64,000 nucleotides of DNA, from assembly GCA_963650175.1 (NCBI GenBank), contig CAVJLK010000003.1, positions 8,465 to 72,464 of the forward strand. Direction: 5' to 3'. Source of the stretch: Ruminococcus sp. CAG:579. Its GTDB lineage: Archaea; Thermoplasmatota; Thermoplasmata; Methanomassiliicoccales; Methanomethylophilaceae. A program made the position numbers and the translations under genes. The notes beneath the pieces are model-generated. The model made no database searches and had not been told where the DNA came from. It saw only the letters and a program-made list of their open reading frames with translations. Positions 34,587-41,916 of this stretch are shown here, in pieces (within the stretch, counting starts at the first letter, position 1; each line of letters begins with the position of its first letter).

Positions 34587-35366
34587 ATGAGCGACGCATA
34601 CGAGGATCGGATCGGGAGATTGAAGGAACGTCTCCTGGAGCTGGGAAGCTGCGCGGTGTGCTTCTCGGGCGGCCTGGACAGCACCGTCCTGATGGACATC
34701 GCGCACAGAACCCTCGGCGATGATGCCGTAGCCGTCCTGGTCGATGTCCCGATGATGTCTGACAGGCAGCGCGATGCGGCCATCGCGGTCGCCGAGAGCA
34801 TCGGATGCCGGCTGGTCCGGACTACCGCCGGGATCGAAGAACTGGACGGGGTCCTCGCCAACCGTCACGACAGATGCTACATCTGCAAGACGGTCATGTA
34901 TCGCAAAATCAGGGAGGTCGCCGAGAATCTCGGGATCGAGCATGTGGTCAACGGGGAGATCGTGGACGACCTGAGCGAGGACCGCCCCGGCATGGTCGCC
35001 GGAGAAGAAGCGGGGATAATCAGACCTCTGATAGATGCAAGGATGCATCGCAAGGATATCGTCAGGCATCTCGATGGTATGAATCTGCCACTCACCCTGG
35101 TCAAGGACACCTGCATGCTGATGCGGTACCCGGAGGGAACCCCAGTGACGATTAGCGACCTCAGAATGGTGGAGGAGCTGGAGGCGCTCGTGAGAGAGCG
35201 CCTCGGACTCCGTCAGCTCAGGATCAGACGGACCGAAAAGGGATTTTCGATTCAGACCTCGTCCGTGGAGCAAAACGTCCTGCATGATGGATTTGAAAAG
35301 GCTCGCGAAGAACTCGAATCACAAAGCTTCGAATTCTCGCTCAATCCAATACCATACGACCACTGA
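34587..35366 (+). CDS. larE: PP-loop ATP pyrophosphatase of the LarE/TIGR00268 type (sulfur transferase)
   Basis: FSGGLDSTV PP-loop, CYICK, and a DTCMLMRYPEG cysteine motif matching the LarE active-site region. Confidence 0.7.
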   Translation: MSDAYEDRIGRLKERLLELGSCAVCFSGGLDSTVLMDIAHRTLGDDAVAVLVDVPMMSDRQRDAAIAVAESIGCRLVRTTAGIEELDGVLANRHDRCYICKTVMYRKIREVAENLGIEHVVNGEIVDDLSEDRPGMVAGEEAGIIRPLIDARMHRKDIVRHLDGMNLPLTLVKDTCMLMRYPEGTPVTISDLRMVEELEALVRERLGLRQLRIRRTEKGFSIQTSSVEQNVLHDGFEKAREELESQSFEFSLNPIPYDH

Positions 35367-35370
35367 TGTA

Positions 35371-36398
35371 CATCCAATCCACGCACCCACGGGGGGTGCG
35401 ACCGCTCCCCACGATAGTAGTCATGAGCTCCACATTGCTTCAATCCACGCACCCACGGGGGGTGCGACGGACACGTGGCACCAGGCGCAGGAATTTCTGC
35501 GCAGCTTCAATCCACGCACCCACGGGGGGTGCGACGGTCCGCTCGGATTTCATCGACCCGGAACCCTCCGCTTCAATCCACGCACCCACGGGGGGTGCGA
35601 CGCACCTATGCGGCAGCCAATCCCGTCGTCAACGGGCTTCAATCCACGCACCCACGGGGGGTGCGACGGTATGAGAACGTCCTCAGGCTCAGGGCCGACC
35701 TTGCTTCAATCCACGCACCCACGGGGGGTGCGACGGCGACCCAGACAGCGCCAGAGGGACGATTGGAGCGCTTCAATCCACGCACCCACGGGGGGTGCGA
35801 CGCGCCTCCAGCTCCTCCCACTCGCGGTCGGAGTAGCTTCAATCCACGCACCCACGGGGGGTGCGACAATTGATGCTTGCAATATATCCCGCCACATACG
35901 CGCTTCAATCCACGCACCCACGGGGGGTGCGACTCGGAGTAGTCCAGGTCCTCACTCCAACCGGGCAGCTTCAATCCACGCACCCACGGGGGGTGCGACT
36001 CCGATGCCCGCCATAGGCCTCATGTCGCTGTCTAGCTTCAATCCACGCACCCACGGGGGGTGCGACGCTGCATCGGAAGGCGGAGGTCTTTGCATCCCCT
36101 GCTTCAATCCACGCACCCACGGGGGGTGCGACGAGCCACATTGGAGCCGTTTACGGGCCGTTACAGCTTCAATCCACGCACCCACGGGGGGTGCGACGGA
36201 TCTTCTCCTGCTGCTCCTCGGTGAGGCTCTTGCTTCAATCCACGCACCCACGGGGGGTGCGACGGAAGCGTTGCGCCGAGGACGTCTCGACCGTCTGGCT
36301 GCTTCAATCCACGCACCCACGGGGGGTGCGACGCGTGGCGACGGGGACCAAGGGGACGCAGACAGGGCTTCAATCCACGCACCCACGGGGGGTGCGAC
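35371..36398 (-). CRISPR. CRISPR array: 16 repeats of 32 nt and 15 spacers of 33-37 nt, with a type I-C repeat
   Basis: The minus-strand repeat is GTCGCACCCCCCGTGGGTGCGTGGATTGAAGC, with stem GCACCC/GGGTGC and a 3' ATTGAAGC handle, as in I-C. 16x32 + 516 nt of spacers = 1028 nt, which matches the span exactly. The repeat farthest from cas2 (35371..35402) has 3 mismatches, as expected for the old end. Confidence 0.97.
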
Positions 36399-36537
36399 TG
36401 TTCCCTTTATCTACAATTGACAATTTGATTCTTTCTCATTCCGAAAATCGTATAAAAAATACTAATATCGTAGAAGGGCAGAATCATGAACCTGAGATGG
36501 AACCCTAACCCATGCCACGATAGCCGTGCACTTGGGG
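36399..36537 (-). promoter_or_regulatory. Putative CRISPR leader (AT-rich)
   Basis: A 139-nt AT-rich spacer between cas2 and the newest repeat (ttatctacaattgacaatttgattctttctcattccgaaaatcgtataaaaaatactaatatcg). Confidence 0.6.
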
Positions 36538-36825
36538 TTAGAATATGAGAACCCCGTCCGGATCCAAAGGCTTCTTCGAACCTATGTGCGTTATTCTGGA
36601 CGGATTGCTACCGAGATCGTATATCCTCAGGCTGTCGTGCTCCTCGTCTATTATCCCCCTCAGATCGTTCTCCAGCATGACCCTCTGTGCAGGTGTGATC
36701 TTGCACTCGAACACGGACATCTGAACCCTCAACCCGTAGTTCATACAAGTCTTCGCCACCTTCCTCAACCTGCGACAACCCTCCGCATCGGTGGTATTGA
36801 CGTCATATGTCACCAAAACGATCAT
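36538..36825 (-). CDS. cas2: CRISPR-associated endoribonuclease Cas2
   Basis: 95 aa. MIVLVTYDV...RLRKVAKTCMNYGLRVQMSVFEC. Confidence 0.95.
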   Translation of the reverse strand: MIVLVTYDVNTTDAEGCRRLRKVAKTCMNYGLRVQMSVFECKITPAQRVMLENDLRGIIDEEHDSLRIYDLGSNPSRITHIGSKKPLDPDGVLIF

Positions 36826-37862
36826 CGCTTCGCCTGCCTGATCACATACGGTGGATAACCGTCGAGATCGCCCCTAACAAAACGGGCCAGGAGCGATGAT
36901 TGGACGAAAGGCACGACCCCCAACTGAACGGACTCCTTGATGAATGGATGGTAAACCTCATTGTTCTTGATCCTCTGCCATTCACCAATCACGGTCGCAC
37001 GGGTGTCGTCATCCATCATGTACGCTCCGCCCCCCTCTTCGATAAATCCGTCAGCAGATACCATTCCGAGATTCACCAATCTGAGAGCCACCCTGTCCGC
37101 GATTGGACGCAACTCCTCCATCAAGTCCAGAGCCAACGATGGCCTGCCTGGACGATCCGTGTGGAGGAACCCCACATACGGATCCAGACCTACAGCCTCG
37201 AGTGATGATCTCACATCATGGGTGAGCATCGAATACAGAAAGGACAGGAGGGCATTGAACCGATCACGAGGAGGACGACGCGTACGTTCGTCCATGAAGA
37301 ACGCATTCTTATTGCGGAGGATCAGTGCATCCAACGCCTCGAAGTACTCCTTCGCGGCATCGCCTTCAACCCCTCTCAGAGCACCGCTCGCATCCACTCC
37401 GTCTATCGCCTTCAGACTATCGGTCAGATGCTCTATGGATTCCTTGACCGCCTTGGAATCTATCTTGTCGGAATGATTGCTCAGGCCTTTCTGGAGAACC
37501 GTACGGCAGTTGATGATCTTGCCCTTGATCATGTTCCGAGACACCTCCAAGGAACCTGCTTCATCGTCAGCACGGCGATACTGTGCGCGCCTCAGCAGGA
37601 CATTGCCCTTGGTCTCCCCGGAGACGGATACCAGGAACTTTCCGTTCGGGGTCAGGAAAGTCAACGTGACGTTGTTCTCGGCACAGAGATGCATCGCACC
37701 GGTGCTGGCACCGGAATAACCGAAGCACATCAGTTGCTGGACGTTGTGGATCGGGATGCGCCCGGCCTCCTTCCCTCCGACCTCCACCACGATGTTGGTA
37801 CCGTCCCTACGCACATACGAATCAGGGCTGGTCACGTACAGGGTGTTGAGGAGTTGCCTCAT
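36822..37862 (-). CDS. cas1: CRISPR-associated integrase Cas1 (I-C type)
   Basis: Starts at MRQLLNTLYVTSPDSYV, with an ATGA overlap on the cas4 stop. Contains GFLHTDRPGRPSLALDLMEELRP. Confidence 0.95.
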   Translation of the reverse strand: MRQLLNTLYVTSPDSYVRRDGTNIVVEVGGKEAGRIPIHNVQQLMCFGYSGASTGAMHLCAENNVTLTFLTPNGKFLVSVSGETKGNVLLRRAQYRRADDEAGSLEVSRNMIKGKIINCRTVLQKGLSNHSDKIDSKAVKESIEHLTDSLKAIDGVDASGALRGVEGDAAKEYFEALDALILRNKNAFFMDERTRRPPRDRFNALLSFLYSMLTHDVRSSLEAVGLDPYVGFLHTDRPGRPSLALDLMEELRPIADRVALRLVNLGMVSADGFIEEGGGAYMMDDDTRATVIGEWQRIKNNEVYHPFIKESVQLGVVPFVQSSLLARFVRGDLDGYPPYVIRQAKR

Positions 37863-38512
37863 GCCTCCTCCATCTTCCTGATGTACGACTCCACGTTCCT
37901 CGAGGATCCCACATCCGGCATGCATGATCCGGAGATGGAGCATTTCCTGCAAGCCGGGGACGGCTCAGCCTTCGGGATGCGTCCGCTCTTCGCCGTCCTA
38001 TGCATCTCTTCAGCCAATCCGATGGTCTTTAGACGGAGAGCATCATCGATCTCAACATTCTCGCGCCTCCTCTCTAGCCCATAGAACAGACATCCCCTGC
38101 GCACCTCGGTATGAAGGGACTCCTCCAACGCGATGGCTTCAGCGCATAGCTGTATACGGTCCCAGTCGCCGAGCTTCCTGTGTCCGACCTTGTACTCCAC
38201 CGGTACAACCTCGAACTTCCCGTCCCTGCCGTCGATGCTCACACCGTCAGGCGCCCGATGCAATTCGACGACATCGCATCTCCCGGATAATCCGAGGGAC
38301 GAGGACGACACTCTGACGGCCCTCATGGTGATGACATCTCCGCGCTTCTCCTTGGAGCGTTCATCCACATTCTCATGGAATACTGCACCTGCGGCCGTTC
38401 TCGCATCGTCGGTCCAGACCTGTTCCATATGGATCAGCGCCCATTGCCTTCTGCAGAAGCTGAAATGCTGTATCCCCGAGAGCATCAGATAGTCGTCCTC
38501 GTCGTATGACAT
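37859..38512 (-). CDS. cas4: CRISPR-associated exonuclease Cas4
   Basis: 217 aa. It has an N-terminal Cys (FSFCRRQW), a RecB-like core (DVVE...EYK) and a C-terminal CRKCSISGSC cluster. Confidence 0.9.
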   Translation of the reverse strand: MSYDEDDYLMLSGIQHFSFCRRQWALIHMEQVWTDDARTAAGAVFHENVDERSKEKRGDVITMRAVRVSSSSLGLSGRCDVVELHRAPDGVSIDGRDGKFEVVPVEYKVGHRKLGDWDRIQLCAEAIALEESLHTEVRRGCLFYGLERRRENVEIDDALRLKTIGLAEEMHRTAKSGRIPKAEPSPACRKCSISGSCMPDVGSSRNVESYIRKMEEA

Positions 38513-38516
38513 GGGA

Positions 38517-39350
38517 TCAGAGGATCTCCGTCTCCAATCCTTCCAAAGGCTCCACGACGATGTCGTAGTCGTCGAGGCACTGGGGATCCTCGCACTTCGA
38601 TACGACCTTTATCGAGTTGTGGACGACCGCGGACGAATATTGTCCGATCGGGCAGTTGTGCTTCCACCAGACCAGCTTGACGACGTCCATGCTCCCGTCG
38701 GGACGGGCAGACGACGAATCGTTCACGAACAGCGTCCTCAGAGCCTCCTTCAGAACCTCCGAATCGGCCTCGGAGAAACCGGTCTTCGCAGCCAACTGGG
38801 GATTAATGCTTCCGCGGATCAGATACAGTCCGCTGTCGACACGGTATTTCATCCCCATCGTATCGGAACTCTTCTTATCCTTCGTCTCGGAATTGACCGA
38901 TTTGGTGATCTGCGTGCTGGTTATGTTGACCGGCTTCACGCTCATGGCCGGGCGGACGGACACGGGCCCGCGTATGCCTATGGAGACCCCGTCCGATCCT
39001 GAGGATTTGAATGCGAAGAGCTGTCCGAATGCCCTGACATCGTACCACTCGGCACATGCCGCCGCTGCGAACTTCTCCGTGTCCTTCCCGTTTGCTTTGA
39101 TCAGAGGCTCTGCACGGTCCCTGAGACTCTTCATCCCGTCGTCGGCGCGGTCCGCGGACTGGACGAAGATCTTCTGTCCCTCGTCCTGCAGGCGGTTGCG
39201 CAGCTTGCGCTTCACGCATACATCGGAGATCTCTCCGAGCCCGTTTATCGTCGTCCTGGGGCGGTTGCCGTTGAGCGGGTCTCCGTTGGGGTTAGCCCCC
39301 TCGACGTACACTGCGACCGCGAAATCCACTTTGTTCCTGATGCTCTCCAT
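38517..39350 (-). CDS. cas7: Cas7 (Csd2), type I-C backbone subunit
   Basis: 277 aa. VEGANPNGDPLNGNRPR and DVRAFGQLFA motifs. Confidence 0.9.
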   Translation of the reverse strand: MESIRNKVDFAVAVYVEGANPNGDPLNGNRPRTTINGLGEISDVCVKRKLRNRLQDEGQKIFVQSADRADDGMKSLRDRAEPLIKANGKDTEKFAAAACAEWYDVRAFGQLFAFKSSGSDGVSIGIRGPVSVRPAMSVKPVNITSTQITKSVNSETKDKKSSDTMGMKYRVDSGLYLIRGSINPQLAAKTGFSEADSEVLKEALRTLFVNDSSSARPDGSMDVVKLVWWKHNCPIGQYSSAVVHNSIKVVSKCEDPQCLDDYDIVVEPLEGLETEIL

Positions 39351-39353
39351 TTC

Positions 39354-39734
39354 TCATTCCTCCTCTGTCTCTACGTTGTCTTCCTTCTTCTTGAACTGAT
39401 CCTCACGCTGGCAATGGTACGCCAGGAGGAACTCTCCGCTGAGCTTCGAATTGTCGCGGAAGTCATCTCCCTCGAACAGGTCCATGACCTCTGCGATCTT
39501 CTTCTCGTAGTACCCGGCCTTAGGACCGAGCCTCGCCGCGTACGGAACCAACGAAAGCTCGATGTCCTTCCATGTCGAGTACGGGAACTCCGAAAACCTC
39601 TGCATCAGCCTTATCGCAGTTGTCTGACGGGACTCGCTGGCACTTCTCAATGCTGCGCCCTCCATCAGGTCGGCTATGGCCAGCAATCTTCCGTAGAGGT
39701 AGTCCCTTGACGTCCTCTCCTTCTCCAATACCAT
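39354..39734 (-). CDS. cas11: Candidate internally initiated Cas11c (small subunit), nested in frame in the cas8c 3' end
   Basis: An in-frame ATG at 39734 (MVLEKERTSRDYLYGRLLAIADL...) is preceded by AGGAGGGAG 7 nt upstream and would give 126 aa. Internal translation of Cas11 from cas8c is described for I-C systems. Confidence 0.45.
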   Translation of the reverse strand: MVLEKERTSRDYLYGRLLAIADLMEGAALRSASESRQTTAIRLMQRFSEFPYSTWKDIELSLVPYAARLGPKAGYYEKKIAEVMDLFEGDDFRDNSKLSGEFLLAYHCQREDQFKKKEDNVETEEE

Positions 39735-41225
39735 CTCGTATCTCCCTCCTGAATATTGTTTGAACACGGAGCAGGCGATGCTCAGTGTCTTCGCCCATTC
39801 CCACGTCTCCATGGAAACGGGATTGCATGCACGTCTGACCACGGATTCCTCGATATCCCTGGGGATCCTCTCTCCGTCCAGTATGCATGGCAGAATGCGT
39901 TTCACAACTGTGGCGATGATCCTGTCATCGGCTCTCGAACCATAAGCGGCGGTGGCGATATCCTTCGGAGCAGGGGCACCAATGAAGACTATCCTCTTCT
40001 CCTCTCCGTCACTGCCTTTCGCTTTCGCGTATCTATGGATCCATGCACATGATTCATGCCACTTTTCCAGCTGTCCGATCAATTCGTCTCCCAACTCCCT
40101 CCTGAAGAAGGTGACTGCGATCCTTCCCTTCCCAGAAGTCGCGGAATCCAAACAAATGATCGTGACTTCTTTGTCGATGATTTCCGCATTGTAACCACGG
40201 ATCTTGTTGTTCAAATGTTGAGCAGCCACAGCATTCGTCCATGAGCTGATGTCTTGATCTTCGAAACCGAGTTCCGCAGCCAGATCATCGCCTGGAGTGC
40301 CGACCTTCTCCCCGGTGACAGTCCAAGCAACCATCGTGAACTCCCCTCTCGAATAGCCCTGCCTCCCGATCAGCCATCTGAGCGCCGCATGCATCTTCTG
40401 ACTAGCCTGGAAGCCGATACCGCACGCTTGTTCAGACTTTTCGAAACGTCCACGGTATGTGAATCCGGACGTGTCGTTCCCGGAGATCAGTTTGGCTCCA
40501 TCCCCCTGATTGCGGATCTTACTGGGATGCTTCTGCGCCAAAGGCACGATCTCCCCCGTGATGTAACACAGACCGGTCTCGCCCTCCTGGGAACCGATGA
40601 ACGAAATCCAACTCTCCACCAGGGATTCATCCGTCCATGTGTCCATGCAGGGATCCCCTGTATCGATCGCCCATCTGACGAATGCTTCTCCCTGATCGGC
40701 GATTTTGGCGACGGAAAACATCTTGGCATCCGGTGCATCCGCCTTATCGGCCAGCATTCCATCCTCTCCGAGAATCAGTATGCCTGACGATACTAGATCA
40801 TCCATCAGCGAATCCGAAGACAGATATGCGTAGAGCGAAGCGAGCTTCCTGTTAACAGGATCGTACTCGGTCCATCTCTTCAGCTGATTCATGTAGAGGG
40901 AATGCGACTCCGCGAAACTCCGGGGGATCTTCTTGTACCTCGACAGATCCCCTACGAGATAGATCAGCTTGTCATCCAGAGGGTGCGGACTCGGACCCGA
41001 TGTGCGAGCTGCCGAATCCTCGGTACACGGGATTATCGTCGTCTGTTCCTCCTTGGGAACCGCTTCTGCAGACACGAACCGTCCGTCTCTGATCGTCACG
41101 GTGATCTGGGCATTGTTGATCGTATGACATATCGGGACCAGGGGGATATCCTCCGTCCTCGTATCCGGATCCTTGATGCACCTATCATAGGTCTCTACGA
41201 GAGAATCCATCCAGCCCGTGCTCAT
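39354..41225 (-). CDS. cas8c: Cas8c (Csd1), type I-C large subunit
   Basis: 623 aa, lying between cas5 and cas7. The MSTGWMDSLVETYDRC N-terminus is typical of Csd1. Confidence 0.9.
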   Translation of the reverse strand: MSTGWMDSLVETYDRCIKDPDTRTEDIPLVPICHTINNAQITVTIRDGRFVSAEAVPKEEQTTIIPCTEDSAARTSGPSPHPLDDKLIYLVGDLSRYKKIPRSFAESHSLYMNQLKRWTEYDPVNRKLASLYAYLSSDSLMDDLVSSGILILGEDGMLADKADAPDAKMFSVAKIADQGEAFVRWAIDTGDPCMDTWTDESLVESWISFIGSQEGETGLCYITGEIVPLAQKHPSKIRNQGDGAKLISGNDTSGFTYRGRFEKSEQACGIGFQASQKMHAALRWLIGRQGYSRGEFTMVAWTVTGEKVGTPGDDLAAELGFEDQDISSWTNAVAAQHLNNKIRGYNAEIIDKEVTIICLDSATSGKGRIAVTFFRRELGDELIGQLEKWHESCAWIHRYAKAKGSDGEEKRIVFIGAPAPKDIATAAYGSRADDRIIATVVKRILPCILDGERIPRDIEESVVRRACNPVSMETWEWAKTLSIACSVFKQYSGGRYEMVLEKERTSRDYLYGRLLAIADLMEGAALRSASESRQTTAIRLMQRFSEFPYSTWKDIELSLVPYAARLGPKAGYYEKKIAEVMDLFEGDDFRDNSKLSGEFLLAYHCQREDQFKKKEDNVETEEE

Positions 41226-41908
41226 ATGCCGTCATCCTCCGACAACCCGACTACCTTGGGCGTGTAGTCCTTCACGTGCTTCCTTATGGAGCATTCCTCG
41301 GGACGTATGAACTCGATGACCCCCTTCTTCATATCAGGATTCCAGAACCGTGCTGCGAGCTCGCCCTTCCCCGTTTCGTCCGCATAATCGAAACCGTGGA
41401 ACATGAGACCGAAGGGATAGTTCGAACAGTAGTCGTAGATTCCCTCCCCCTCGCCGAAACGGCAGGGCTCCACGTAGCCCTGGCACTCGCGAGTCCCGAG
41501 GAAGATGTCCCTGCGACCGCCACGCTCCAACGCTCTGCAAGCCTGGAAGTAGTGCTTGTTCTCGTTGCGATCTCCGGCCAAATCAGGGCGCTGCTCTTGC
41601 CACTCGAAATGCGCCTTCACCTGATACTCGACATCCCTCAGGTATGTGAATATCGACAGGTCGTGGACGCTAGCATCCCCGTACTTTATCAGTTTGACAT
41701 TGACCGACTCGTTTCTGATCGGACGCATGATCCGGACTTTGTCGATATACCATACGATCGTCGGTTTCCAGTATATCGATTCCGTTATCCCTTTCAAAGC
41801 CTGATAGGTCGGAACGGGATAGGTCGATTTCTCACCGCCCACTTTGGTCACGGGATCCGTGAACAATGCACGCGGACCCCACAGTCTGTACTCTATTGCA
41901 TTCTCCAT
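41222..41908 (-). CDS. cas5: Cas5c (Cas5d), the pre-crRNA-processing subunit of I-C
   Basis: 228 aa. YRLWGPRALFTDPVTKVGGEKSTYPVPTYQALKGI is the canonical Cas5 N-terminus. Confidence 0.9.
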   Translation of the reverse strand: MENAIEYRLWGPRALFTDPVTKVGGEKSTYPVPTYQALKGITESIYWKPTIVWYIDKVRIMRPIRNESVNVKLIKYGDASVHDLSIFTYLRDVEYQVKAHFEWQEQRPDLAGDRNENKHYFQACRALERGGRRDIFLGTRECQGYVEPCRFGEGEGIYDYCSNYPFGLMFHGFDYADETGKGELAARFWNPDMKKGVIEFIRPEECSIRKHVKDYTPKVVGLSEDDGI

Positions 41909-41916
41909 TTCCTACC

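Noticed and set aside
35802-35835. Spacer 7 resembles the conserved 61-nt segment of the fused paralog gene (16677..16737 and 17031..17091). The match is 19/22 nt across the EWE(K/E)LEA codons, with three of the four mismatches at third codon positions and the fourth a first-position K-to-E change.
   Set aside because: The match covers only 22 of 34 nt and breaks down completely beyond it, and EWEELEA-type helical motifs are common. It is not a protospacer. At most it hints that the true target encodes a similar motif.
35284-36420. ORFs of 100-378 aa on both strands across 35284..36508, with reiterated STHPRGVR / APTGGAT / HPPWVRGLK peptides
   Set aside because: They are translations of the CRISPR repeats. 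The periodic peptide repeats mirror the 32-nt repeat and have no coding meaning.
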